A stretch of DNA of 64,000 nt from Octopus sinensis (taxonomy: Eukaryota), in the NCBI RefSeq assembly GCF_006345805.1, contig NC_043006.1:9672001-9736000 (forward strand), read 5' to 3'. A program made the position numbers and the translations under genes. This document shows positions 27,395 through 40,870 of the stretch, piece by piece. The first letter of the stretch is position 1. The number at the start of each line of letters is the position of its first letter. A model generated the notes under the pieces. It was not told the origin of the DNA. It was given only the letters and a program-made list of their open reading frames with translations, and made no database searches.

Positions 27395-27426
27395 GTATTA
27401 TTATTATTATTATATTATTATTATTA

Positions 27427-27461
<35 letters not shown>

Positions 27462-27492
27462 CATTATTATTATCATTACCATTATTATTATT
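27395..27492. repeat. (TAT)n microsatellite
   Basis: Directly visible. Confidence 0.93.
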
Positions 27493-30400
27493 GCAGTTTT
27501 GTTGTTATTGATTTTCATTTGTGTTCTAATATTACATCATCAACATTATCATCTGTCATAGCAGGTACGACTGCTGTAGTAGTGATATAATAACAGTCGT
27601 AGTAGTCGTGAGTCTGTTTATTGTATTTGCTATATGGTCCTTTTGTTCTTTGCTTTGCATTAGTTTTGTCGTTGTTTTTATCATACTATTCCATTTTCTT
27701 TTGTTGTTGTTGTTGTTATTATTATCGTCGTTAGTGCAAGTATTATGGAATAGTTGCAAAGTTTCCAATGTTTCTGTAACGCGAATTGAATGCTAGAATG
27801 GCATCGGCCCTTTGGGAAATCAGTGCCATATAACTTAAAAGTCGATAGACATTTATTCTGTTTTCCCCGTCGCAGAAACCCGGGAACTGAACAGAAATGG
27901 CCACATCGCAGTTCAATGAGCATCCAATGAAAACAATATGGCGTCGAAGAAAAGTTATTCTCAATGCTACCGAAGAAATTCCGATATAATAAATGTTGAG
28001 CTTTGATGGAATATTCAAGCATAACTAATGAATATATCTTATCCAACAGGGCTGAAAATGCGAGGGGAATCTCTGTAACCGGAAGAAGTTTAGGTAATAA
28101 TCTCTTGGACATATATACACAAATGAATACGTGCATGTATATATAAATATATATATATACATATATGTGTGTGTGTTGAGCGAAATTTATGGGCGTATGT
28201 ATATGTGTGTGTGTTTAGGCGAGTATGGTTTATGTATTATTCCTGACGTCTTTTGACATGTATGGAAACGGAGCATAATGTCAGTTTAGAAATGCTGATA
28301 TTATGACATTTAGTTTCGCAAAAGTTAAAGCGTCCATTTGTGATGCACAGTCTCATTGCTGTGAGAAATCTGTTTCATTCACTGATGTTTATCGTAACAT
28401 GTGATTGCCTTTAACGAGAATGGCATTGTCCGATAAGCAATTACCCTCTTCAATATCATTACTCATAATATTGTGTGAATACGACACATGTTGTTTAAAT
28501 TTGTATATGCTATCCATTTCATTATATGTATATAATAAATGTTATGCATACAATTATTATAACATGTAAATATATATTTTTTAAATTTTGTTTAGACAGG
28601 TTCTGCGATTAAATATTTTCTAGTAATAGTTTGGTGTTTTCTCTCCGAGGATCTTTGTTTTTCCTGCGTTTTTCCTCACATTCTTATAGAAGGAAAAATG
28701 AACATACACGGGTAAATTAAAAATGATGCCTAAATGAATAACATTCATGGTGCTTAGCATTAAGAGCGGAACTGATGGGGTTTGAAGGATTTATCGTCCA
28801 GGCATTGAATAAAGATGCAGCGATTAAAAATCAGATTATAAATCAAATTTTGTTTATATATATATATCGAGATTATCTCAGAAATATTTTCCCCTATAAC
28901 ATAGAATCATTATTCCGATTTAGCTTTATACAAGGAATCTATTTATGAAAACATTTGTATAAAACAAAGTGATTATTCCACAGATCGATCGGCGAATAGA
29001 CATGTAAAAGAATAGAGACATTGTGCGCAATTGATATGAATGCATTAATCCTATGATTTTTATTGTGATACATTTATCGATATGATTAATTTCATACGAC
29101 GGAGATGCACTTGCATGGCAAGCGTTTTGTTCTGAGGTCATGTTTACAAACTGAAATGATTGCAACTTGGCAGGCACAAGTTAGAAACACTCAGAAAACA
29201 TTAACTTCGCTTAAACTGTTATTGTTTGTAATATGATGTCAAATATTACGTTTAGGCAGTTTTCTGGATGATGGGATCATGATAACTATTATACACCAGA
29301 CAACCGACATTACCCATAGTACTATAAAGATTACGGCAGACCACCTATTAAAAACTCTAAAGTATTATCTGTCTTAGGTACCTAGCTGTAGATACATGTC
29401 ATGATCAATGAAACTTTGAGACCCTTTATACTAGATTCACACTTTACTAAACCTTTGGTGACCTCCCTTGCAATCTGGAAAGACTTCGTTGTGTCAAAAG
29501 CTACCAAAATTATCATTCCTGGTGCAGAAATATTGAGAATGATGACAATCTCCAAAATCACAATGAATCACTTAACGATTCATGTCCCGAACACAGGCAT
29601 TTGCTTGTATTCAATATGACAGAATCAGAGGGAAGAAACGTTTCGATCCCATGGAAAAGTTGATTAGGTTTGTGTATGCCTGCAATCACGCAACAAATTC
29701 TGAAATAGATTAGATAGAAACATTAATAAGAAGACTAAAGACAATATTTGCTATAGAAGTGCGAGGTTAATATTTGCTATAGAAACGCGAGGTTTAATAG
29801 TATTCGTTTTGTAGACGCCACACCTAGGATTAAACTAGCCTGTGTATTTTAGTATACACTCCGTCTTGATAATTGTGTGCTAGGCTCTTGTATTTTAAAC
29901 GGAAGGCTACCCTATTAGCACATTCAATATTTTACTTCCACTAAGAAACTGATTCAGGTCATCATGACAGCATACAAAATGATTTCTTTCTACGGGTTGT
30001 TCTCGGTATTGTTTTACATTTTTCCAAAGCCGTGTATCACAGGGAATCAGAGAATCTTTTCATCTGTTCCAATGATTAATTTGCTAATGAATATGGGAAA
30101 ATCCTGTGCAACCCGTAACGATCAATGCATCGGCAAACACGTAGGTGGTCGAAATTTGTTGTGAAAAATTAATAACTCGTTTGCTGAAGGAAAATTGATG
30201 TTATTTCATTTCTGTTATAGTATTTGATGTAACGTTGTTGCTGACATCCTACGTTCGCACCTTAAATTATATTCTCTATCGATTGCTCATATGTTCATGC
30301 AAATAATTTATATATTTCCTCTCTCATGCCGAGCAATTATTTACATTAATACATCACATATTTGCATTTAATACCAAACAATAATCAATACGCTGAAAAG

Positions 30401-31313
30401 GAGAGAAAACAACCGTGTAAATTCGATACTTATATTTTTAAAACACTGACTAATATCTGCTAATATGTCAATCAAATTTGAAAGATTTTCCTATTAAACG
30501 TATCTTTCTTTCCAACTCAAGAAGATAGGGGGAAAATAAAATCACGGACCTTAATTCTTCGATTTGTCGGGATTCAATATGAGGAGAGTAAATTCAGAAT
30601 TAATACCACATGTATCGAGTTCTGTGATATGTTTAACAAAGAGATAATTGTTATCTTCAGATGAGAAACTCGTATCCTTATATTTAGTGAGAGCAATCGG
30701 AAAACAATATTTGAGCTGAAGGTATTGATCAAATGCCCCTTTCATGATTTACAACCGCTAATACATTTCCAATGCACTTGCATTTTAATCACTAAATAAC
30801 CGAGTAATAACATTTTGATTTCAATTAAAGTGCATTTATAAGATGAGTGACCTGATTTTCATCATGTAGAAGTCATACACATTTATGTACACGCTCGCAC
30901 ACACATGCATGCTTGTGTATATATTCATATGTACATGTGTGTGAGTGTGCGCTTGTGTGTGTATGTGCGCGCGCATTTCTTTGTGTGTATATGCGAGTCT
31001 AATTTATATGAGGCAAATACAGACGCATAAACTTTGAGCCAATTCTTAAATACAGAATGTTTAGAGAGAATCGTCAGTGTTTGGAACCACTGAGGAAAAT
31101 CGAACAGTAATTCTGCTTAGCATGTGTTCAAATCTCAATTTATGGTTCCTTAAACATCTTTATTCCTCATTGAAATCCTTCAAATATAAAATGGTATTGA
31201 AATTTAAACGTAAACCTCATTGGTATTTACATAATTGTTCTAGCTCACATATGATATTTTACAATATCTTTCACACATAGCAAAATAACACTCGAAATAG
31301 TTACTGGATTCTT

Positions 31314-31618
31314 CTTAGTGGTTAAGTCATTCGGCGCTCGATCATAAAGTCGTGAGTTCAGTTCCCGGCGACGCGTTATGTCTTTAAGCAAGACACTTTA
31401 TTTCACGTTACTCCAGTCCACTCAGCTGGCAAAAATGAGCAGTACGTCTATTTCAAAGGGCCAACCTTGTCAAACTGTGTGTCACGCTGAATATCCCTGA
31501 GAACTGCGTTAAGTGTGTCTGTCTGCGAAGTGCTCAGACACTTGCACGTTGATTTCTCTAGGAAGCTGTTCCGTTGATCGTGTAAGCTGCGAACGTCCTC
31601 GTCGTAACTGAGACGTTA
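31314..31618 (+). mobile_element. tRNA-derived SINE family C
   Basis: cttagtggttaag...gagttcagttcccgg (A/B-box-like) followed by ...gcaagacactttatttcacgtt... Confidence 0.75.
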
Positions 31619-31633
31619 CAAGTGTTTGACAAT

Positions 31634-31675
<42 letters not shown>

Positions 31676-32004
31676 TATATATATATATATATATATAATA
31701 TATATATATATAGATATATATATATATATATAAATGCATGTGCCTGTATGCAAGTATGTATGTATGCATACATGTATTTATGTATATTCTCCAATAAAAG
31801 TAATAATGGGAAAATAATTTATAACAGAGTATTAAACGTGAGACAGTTCTCGAGTATTATAAAATTACACCTTGAATTTCATTAAAAATACTACTTATTT
31901 TTTGTAGTTGTTATCTTTCAACAAGTTTATTCAATATAAGTCATTTCTATTCTCTAAGAAGCGTCCACCAAAATTGTACTGTTACTCGGATGTTCTATAA
32001 TATT

Positions 32005-32142
32005 AGTAACAACAAAAACAACTGCAACAACAAAAGTAATAATAATTAGAACATAAACAACAAGAACACCACCACCGACAAGAACAGCAGCAACAACAAT
32101 AACAACAACAGTAATAATAACAACAACAACAACAACAACAAC

Positions 32143-32210
<68 letters not shown>
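32005..32210. repeat. (AAC)n/(AAT)n compound microsatellite
   Basis: Directly visible. Abuts a minus-strand SINE-B remnant. Confidence 0.95.
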
Positions 32211-32213
<3 letters not shown>

Positions 32214-32214
32214 C

Positions 32215-32352
32215 AGTTAAGTGGTACTTATTTTATCAACACCGAGAGTATGAAAGGTAATGTCGACCACACTTGCACTTGATCTCAGAACGTAATGAGG
32301 GACGAACTGCTACTAAGCACTTCACCCGTTGTGCTAACGATTCTGCCAGCTA
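32215..32352 (-). mobile_element. Degenerate SINE family B
   Basis: ggtacttattttatc...ctcagaacgta...tgctaacgattctgccagct. Confidence 0.7.
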
Positions 32353-33056
32353 ATAATAATAATAACGAGAATAGCATCAAAAACAGCAACTACAATTACA
32401 ACAACATAACCTATGACCATCGGAAATTTGTATTGGAACAATTTTCTCTTCTCTATGGAGTGTCATGGGGTCATAATATAACACACCCACCGGTTAAATT
32501 TCCACTCATTTATTCATATATTTATTCCAGAAAGCTTTATCGACACCGTGTTTGTGACCGTCAATGTCAGAATCCATAGGTACGGTCGGAAATACGGCGG
32601 CGTAAAAGCATTTTTGAAGAAATAGGAGTGGAAATTGAACCAGTGTGTGTATTATATTAAGTCACTATAAAAAAAGTATGTCCAAAGTGATAAACCTGTT
32701 TTAACAGAATTCAAACAGCTTAAGATTTTTTTTTTTCATATGAGTTACTCCTCTAATCCCTGTGCTGGAATATTCAAGATGACCTAACCATTTGCGAAGT
32801 TTCTACAGAACAGTATTCTAGTTGCTGCGGAATTTATTCTCATTTATAGCGTTAAATACGGTTTTACCTCCCTATTTTTCCAAGTTAGACAATATCGATT
32901 ATATATCACGCTTAATTATGATATTTTATTGCTGCCAAGTAAGGAAATAGCTTAAACAGAAATTATGTAAATATCGTATTCTGCGCACGCGCACAAACAC
33001 AGCACACACAACACACACACATATCTATACACATGCAAACATATATACATACTCAC

Positions 33057-33121
<65 letters not shown>

Positions 33122-33599
33122 ATATATATATAGACGAATATGTCTTGAATTAATTTTAAAATTGTTATTACAGGTAATTAATTTTCTATGAATATAGCAT
33201 AGATATATAAAACGATATAAAAATTAATACAAAATCAAATATATATTCGCTTTCAAGTTGCAAACTAAAGTTTCACTTCACCTTAAAACTTAGTTTTAGA
33301 AAACATATTTTATAATTACATAGAGAAATTTATACATATTAAAGATTACAGCTTCCTGAAATTCAAAATAATCTATCATTTTTTCAACCCGAATTTCAAT
33401 ATCCATCCTTTGAGAAGGATTATAGAGAATAATTCATATCTCAAATTTTGATTAGGATCCAAATAAAATTAATTTATAGTGAGCATATTGCAATTCATGG
33501 ATATATTCCTTCAGGTTTGCCAATATATCGGTCAGAAATGCATGGATTTCTCACTGAGTTATTCTCTATCCATCGTTTTAAATGTTTTTTTTTCTTTAA

Positions 33600-33925
33600 T
33601 AATTTCAGTCATTACACTGCGACAATGCAGGGGCACTGCCTTGAAAAATATTTGGTCGAAAGTATCGATCTCAGTACTGATATATATTTTAGCTTGGTAC
33701 TTATTCTATCGGTCTCTATTGCCGAACCGGAAAGTTACTGGAACGTGAACACACCAGCACCGGATGACAAGCAGTTTAGGTGGGGGTAATACAGACACAA
33801 AGACTAACACACATATATTTATACAACAAGTTTCTTTCAGTTTCCATCTACCAAGGATTTGGTTGGATTTAGGCTTGAGTAGAAGACACCTGCCCATTAT
33901 GCTACGATGTGTGACTGAAAACCGA
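33600..33925 (-). mobile_element. Degenerate SINE family A
   Basis: tttcagtcatt...tacttattctatcggtctc..gccgaaccg...agaagacacctgccc. Confidence 0.75.
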
Positions 33926-34159
33926 CCCTTATAGTCGGAAAACAATATTTTTACCACACTAGTGCTTTGATATTTACAATGAAATTAATGCAATTGCAGC
34001 TTTGGGCACACAGGTTAACCATTCAGATACATACAAATACACCTAAGTTATATTGATTGTAATATGGTGTCAAAATTTGGACCACCCGAAATGTTCACCA
34101 CTAACACAAGTAGCGCTGAATCTCAAGTTATACGTTTACATGACACATATATCTATCTA

Positions 34160-34210
<51 letters not shown>

Positions 34211-34251
34211 GCATATGTATATATATGCATGCATATATATATATGTATATA

Positions 34252-34311
<60 letters not shown>

Positions 34312-35207
34312 GCATATAAGTGTGTGTGTGCATGAATAAGTATATATAGCTTATAAGGTTCTGAGCGTTTTCTTTGCTCTTGTTTATTTATTTATTTTTT
34401 TGGCAAAGGTCAAACGTTCCGTTTGGCTACTCATACCTGATTCATTGAATTTCAGTATTTAGTTGTGTTTCGTATATTCCTTCTACTTTTGTTCATTCTC
34501 TGTTATTTTAGCATCGTTTTATGACGATTACATTGTGAATCAGAAGTCCGTTTCGAAGAGTTGCTTTCTGAACAGACCAAGACTGATCAATTGTACAGAT
34601 AATAGCAGCAGTGTCGATGTACTATCTGTTGATGTAGTAGTCGTAGCCATGGTAACAGGGGCAACAGTTGTAGTAGTAGTAGTAGTAGTAGTAGTAGTTG
34701 GCAGCAGCAACAGTAGCAGCAGTAATTGTGTTGGTGGTGAAATTTATTGTTGCTCAATTAGTCGTAGCAGTGGCGGGAGTAGAGGCTGTTGCACTAATAG
34801 GAATTGTGGTAGCGGTGAAGGCTGAGGTAGCCATGATAGTAGTAAAATAGTACAAATAATTTAATAGAGGCAACCCATTTCATAATATTTTCACAAATGC
34901 TTCCCAATTCTAACAATTTTTATGACATTTTAGTTCTATTTATTTCCTTATATAATAGATATCAGTCGATTAGAAAATATTGCTTTAATTATTTTATCAC
35001 AGTCATAACCTCTCCTTTTTAAACAAACATCAAGGTAATTCAACTTCGTTTAGTGTGCAAAAAGTAGCAGCAATCACATAAAGATATTTTAATAACTATA
35101 CGGTATCAAATAGCCATAGCAACAAATTCACTTGATAATTCTTACATTACGACAGAAAAGTAATAATACAGATGAGTTCGAAACCTGAGTATGTTTTAAT
35201 AACTTGT

Positions 35208-35612
35208 ACTCTCTTTTACTCTTTTACTCTTTTACTTGTTTCAGTCATTTGACTGCGGCCATGCTGGAGCACCCCTTTAGTCCAGCAAATCGACCCCGGG
35301 ACTTATTCTTTGTAAGCCCAGTACTTATTCTATCGGGCTCTTTTGCCGAACCGCTAAGTAACGGGGACGTAAACAAACCAGCACCGGTTGTCAAGCAATG
35401 CCAGGGTGACAAACACACACACATACACATATATATATACACATATATACGACAGGCTTCTTTCAGTTTCCGTCAACCAAATCCACTCACAAGGCATTGG
35501 TCGACCCGGGGCTATAGCAGAAGACACTTGCCCAAGATGCCACGCAGTGGGACTGAACCCGGAACCATGTGGTTGGTTAGCAAGCTACTTACCACACAGC
35601 CACTCCTGCGCC
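35208..35612 (-). mobile_element. SINE family A, full length
   Basis: Reverse complement of 26560-26978, with a (GAGTAAAA)n-type tail. Confidence 0.93.
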
Positions 35613-36770
35613 TATATTATGTACAACATAATTTTTTTCTAGTATATATAAACGATAAACTGAGGGCTTTTGCACAGCGAATTTAAGTCAGCAAAATACC
35701 TGACTTCCTCATTTGAAATCACGAAATAAACCTTAAAATGAAAAAATGCAATGAATAAATATTAAGTCTTCCTAATTCGAAAACATTTTCAGCTGAACTC
35801 CTTTGGTAAATATTCGGTTTCGTGTCTGAGTACCCTGTTTGTTGGCACTATTGTTTCTCTTTGATACTGATTATTGTTTCTCTTTGATCCCATTTGATAC
35901 TGATTATTAACAGGCAACTGAATAGTCACAGGCGTTAAAAGCTGACTCAGTGTCTTATTTTGAAGTAGAATATGCTACTCTCGAGATACGCTAAGCAGTC
36001 GGTCATGCGTAGCGGAAACAATTATCTTTGCGTCTATTGCATATTCAAACATTTGTTCCAGTCGCTTTGCGCTGGTTATATATGATCCAGTTGTCGTTTT
36101 TCTCTCTGGCATTATACTTTTCTGTTACATTTTCATTTTCAGCCACGTATTTTTGGGGGTGCTCTATGTTGAATTGCAAAATTTGTGTAATAATGAAGTC
36201 AAACACAGACTGTTTGTGTGTTTATATTTCAGAGAAAGTGAGTGTGCTTTTATCACAGAGAGAGTGTGGGAGAGAATATTGCAAACAATGAATGAAATAA
36301 ACATGAAACGAAAAAATCGTATAAATAAAAGCTCATTAAAAAGTATCTTTTATCGAATATTTGAATTTGTGAACTTCAGTAAAAAATGGGACTTCACAAA
36401 TTAAATTTTCATGCAAACTTCGATTTATAAAAAAATCTCGGTAATTTATCATAGTTGTAATATAACTCTAATTCCAGCAAACGTCAAGGCAACCCAACTA
36501 CGTTTTGCGTGCTAGAAGTAGCAGCGATCACATAGTTATTATTGTAAGTCTTATAGCGTTCCAGTCATACCAACAAAATCATTCATTAATTTACTTAAAA
36601 TTATACCGGATTATTAAAAAAATGTATTATATCAAAATTATTCATTGAACAAACTTTGGAAACTGGTATTATTCTTGAGATTGAGCCTCGTATCATAAGC
36701 CACACAATTATATGGCTATTTTGTTTGATAGCATTCATTCAGTATATATATATATATATATATATATATA

Positions 36771-36984
36771 CTCTTTTACTTGTTTCAGTCATTTGACTGC
36801 GGCCATGCTGGAGCAACGCCTTTAATCGAGCAACTCGACCCTGGGACTTATTCTTTTGTAAGCCCAGTACTTATTATATCGGTCGCTTTTGCCGAACCGC
36901 TAAGTAACGGGGACATAAACACACCAGCATCGGTTGCCAAGCAATGCTAGGGGGACAAACACAGACGCACAAAAACACACACGC

Positions 36985-36985
<1 letters not shown>
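36771..36985 (-). mobile_element. SINE family A, 3' half
   Basis: Matches the 3' half only, broken at the internal microsatellite. Confidence 0.9.
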
Positions 36986-37022
<37 letters not shown>

Positions 37023-37318
37023 TTATAAATATATATATATAAATATATCAAAATGACTATATATGAAATCATCAATAATGAAAATAGAGGCGAGAGACAG
37101 TGAGAGACAGTTGCAAATAAAAGCGGAAAATTTCACCTGGCACTAATTAATATCGTTTATTAGACATTAAATCTACTCCACAGTAAATTAGACGAATATT
37201 CAAATTTGTGAATAACTTGTAGTTTAAATATTCTATAAAGTTCAGAAATCAAAATTACAGGTAATTTCTTGGAACACGGATATATAAAAAAGATATTTCA
37301 AAATTTCAAGCCTTTAAT

Positions 37319-37729
37319 ACTCTCTTTTCCTCTTTTACTTGTTTCAGTCATTTGACTGCGGCCATGCTGGAGCACCGCCTTTAGTCGAGCAAATCGAACC
37401 CGGGACTTATTCTTTGTAAGCCCAGTACTTATTATATCGGTCTCTTTTGCCGAACCGCTAAGTGACGGGGACGTAAACACACCAGCAGCGGTTGTCAAGC
37501 AATCCTAGAGGAACAAACACAGACACACAAACACATACACACACATACATATATATATATACATATATACGACAGGCTTCTTTCAGTTTCCATCTACCAA
37601 ATCCACTCACAAGGCATTGGTCGGCCCGGGGCTATAGCAGAAGACACTTTCCCAAGATGCCACGCAGTGGGACTGAACCCGGAACCATGTGGTTGGTTAG
37701 CAAGCTACTTACCACACAGCCACTCCTGC
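37319..37729 (-). mobile_element. SINE family A, full length
   Basis: Near-identical to 35208-35612. Confidence 0.93.
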
Positions 37730-37750
37730 ATTTTTTCAGTAACTCTTACA

Positions 37751-38149
37751 TCTTTATATATAAAAGTGATGTTGTGTGCTGTCTGTCTCCTACGATTTAG
37801 ATTCTTAACTACTCCCACATTTTGCGGTGCAGTTTAACCAAAATAGGGTATCTTATAGTCGTGATTCATATTGAGCCCTTCTCGGTATTAGCGCGCGTCT
37901 ACGATGAGTCTACGATTTAAAAAAAAAATTACCATCAATTTTTCCCATTTTTAATGCATTTTTGGCATATATAAGGGAAGTAACTCTCTAAAAATTTATT
38001 ATTAAATCTCAGAACGTAAAAAGCTACAGTAACACCCCCCGACCTTTGTGGTTAGCCATATTGAGATGGCTATTATACTTTACATCACTAAAAATGCTTA
38101 TATAGTTATTTCCCTTACAAACCCGAGCAACGCCGGGCGATACTGCTAT
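37751..38149 (+). mobile_element. Non-autonomous Helitron
   Basis: A|TCtttatatataaaag...cccgagcaacgccggg-cgatactg-CTAT|T. Confidence 0.87.
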
Positions 38150-38399
38150 TACCTAATAAATAAGCCGTTTTCTCCATTATGATATCGATATATGACATGA
38201 ACCAGAATAAGAATAACCTCAATAATAGCACTAATAAAACTTTAAAGACACTAAAGTTAACAAATGAAGTGATCAGGATATTTTACTTTTCTTTATAAAT
38301 GCAAGCATTATTACACACATACAAACACATACACTTACTAATGGGGTTGTACGTGGAGAATTCCCTTCCAAGGCACGAGTTTCTGGAAAGGTTGCTTAT

Positions 38400-38625
38400 G
38401 GAAGACCATCAGTTACACATGCATACCAATCTCACCTTTCCATGTCACCGATGTTATACGACGGAAGAGCAAAATCCGATGCATCTTGGTACAAGTGACG
38501 TCTCAACTCATTTCTACGACACAGTGAACTGGAGAAACGTGAACTACGGTGTCTTGTTGAAGAATACAGCACAGACCGGTCCGGGAATAGAAGTCACTTA
38601 TGATGGTTAGCCTGTCACTCTAATC
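38400..38625 (-). mobile_element. Degenerate SINE family C-related copy
   Basis: ctggagaaacgtgaa...gtgtcttgttgaagaatacagcacagaccggtccgggaatagaa is the reverse complement of a SINE-C-like head. Confidence 0.55.
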
Positions 38626-39513
38626 ACTGATTCATGTGCCTTCACTACATACTGGATATTCAAATTAAATCTTACCGATTGTATACAAGGAAACCAAAAC
38701 ACAATGAGTAATAAAAAATTAAAGGTATTTGAGAATATTCAAAAAAATATCAACTAGATTTGGGAGATAATAGCTTAACCAAAGTAGCCGCCCTTAGCTT
38801 ACACCATGGCCTTAAGAGAGCTCTAGAACCTGGCGCATGCATTCCACTCTGTATCCTTGAGAAACCTTTCGAACATCTGACCTTGGCTACCAGCCGGTAG
38901 ATATAGGTTAGCACATAAATAAATACAAATATACGTACATGCATGCATACATGTATACATACATCCATACATACATGCATACACACATACATTCATGCAA
39001 ACACATACATACATACATGCATAAACACATCTATGCATATGCAACTTTGTAGAAGTGGGTGCGTGTGCGTTTGTATGCAAAGCGCGCATATTCGTGATTT
39101 TTATTGCTGTTAGCAGTAAAATGTATTGAAATATTTAAAATATTTGTCGCTTATCAAAATAATTACATTCGTGACAGACTTTAACGTTAAATTAAATGCC
39201 ATCATGGAACTGTATCCCATACGCATTTCATTGAGTGTTTGTTTTATAAACGAATAGTTTGTATAAAAGGAAGAAGAAAGAGGGTATGATACAACAAAGG
39301 TAAATCTAAGGTAGTTGACCTATAAATCTATTGAGTTACTAGCATTTATATTTGGGCTGTACCGCATAAGTGTACAAATATATATACATATATCTGATAC
39401 GAATACACAAACACACACATACACACACGCTCACACAAAGAAATATATATATTGATGGAAACACGAATGATAGAATTCGAAATAGGAGAATAAGTATGTA
39501 TTTAATAATATTT

Positions 39514-39603
39514 AACGGAGTAACAGCGTGACTGAAGATCCGAGAGTTTCGTATGTCGATAAGTTCAAACACACGAAGCTCTCGCATCTTGAGTGACTCC
39601 GTT
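39514..39603 (+). ncRNA. Pre-miRNA-like hairpin (candidate)
   Basis: 21-nt arms 39532-39552 / 39573-39593 with 19 of 21 positions paired (one G-U), a 20-nt loop, and an 8-bp lower stem. Strand not determinable. Confidence 0.4.
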
Positions 39604-39843
39604 TCTTCTGACAAATATAAACACACAAACACACACAAACACACGCACGCACACACACACACACTCACGCATGTATATATACATATATATCTGTATTGAT
39701 TAAGTCTTTCCTTGTTTGTTTTGCAAAATAGTGGTTTTGTCTCGAATAATATTTTATAATATTTTACTATAAAATCGATTTAATCCTAAATCTGATTTTT
39801 TCCCTGTAAATTTGGATTTATTCCCTAATATTTATTATTATAT

Positions 39844-39881
<38 letters not shown>

Positions 39882-40130
39882 GATATATATATATAGATAT
39901 ATATATATATATTATATATATATATATATATACATATAATAAATATTAGGGAATAAATCCAATTTACAGGGAAAAATCAGATTTAGGATTGAATCCAATT
40001 TTATAGTAAAATATAATATAATATTAATTAGAGACAAAACCACTATTATGCAAATCAAACAAAGAAAGACTTAATCCAATACATAAGACATTTTACATAA
40101 ATTAAATATAATTAAGATTAATTAAGATAT

Positions 40131-40176
40131 CCACTACGATCGTTTCTTGTCACTTCAATGGACATTCATCAGGTGG
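40131..40176 (-). ncRNA. Minimal type-I hammerhead ribozyme motif
   Basis: Minus strand: ccac-CTGATGA-a[tgtc cattgaagt gaca]a-GAA-ACGATCGT-A-gtgg. Confidence 0.68.
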
Positions 40177-40247
40177 TTTCAAGACCTTCTATGCAATTTT
40201 GAACTATGAAGACTTCATAGTTCAACATTGCATAGAAGGTCTTGAAA

Positions 40248-40293
40248 CCACCTGATGAATGTCCATTAAAGTGACAAGAAACGATCGTAGTGG
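40248..40293 (+). ncRNA. Minimal type-I hammerhead ribozyme motif
   Basis: ccac-CTGATGA(40252-58)-a[tgtc cattaaagt gaca]a-GAA-ACGATCGT-A(40289)-gtgg. Confidence 0.68.
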
Positions 40294-40404
40294 ATATCTT
40301 AATTACTCTTAATTATATTTAATTTATTTAACATTTTTTTATGTATTGGATTAAGTCTTTCTTTGTTTGATTTGCATAATAATGATTTTTTCTCTAATTA
40401 ATAT

Positions 40405-40447
<43 letters not shown>

Positions 40448-40456
40448 GTGTATATA

Positions 40457-40519
<63 letters not shown>

Positions 40520-40782
40520 TATATATACACATATAATACTAAACGTCAGTGGTCGCATAATATTAGCAATTACGCTGTAATTCTGATAGATAGAAATGTG
40601 TGTGTATATATATGTATATATATATATATTCATATGTATGTATTTATGTAAATTTTTAGGATATATATTCATACATTTATATTGGGTATATGTATGTGAG
40701 TGTTCGTATGTGTGTATACATATGTACATGCATGCATGCATGCATATAAACATACACGCAGACATACATGCACACACATATC

Positions 40783-40870
40783 TATGGCTGTGTGGTGAGA
40801 AGTTTTCTTTTGAATCAAATGGTTCCTGCTACAGCCCCACTACGTGTCACCTAACGCAAGATTGCTTGAA
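40783..40870 (+). mobile_element. Degenerate SINE family A head
   Basis: tggctgtgtggtgagaag...atggttcc...cccactacgtgtcacc. Confidence 0.55.

Larger units (their letters stand above)
39692..40410. repeat. Interlocking inverted repeats (hammerhead family 3)
   Basis: Inverted repeat 39692-39840 / 39935-40083 around (TA)n. Palindrome ~40013-40410 centred on 40212 (gaactatgaag-a-cttcatagttc). Confidence 0.93.

Noticed and set aside
27681-28136. 151-aa minus-strand ORF
   Set aside because: Both ends are in microsatellite-like sequence, there is no recognisable domain, and roughly one ORF of this length could occur by chance in a window of this size and composition.
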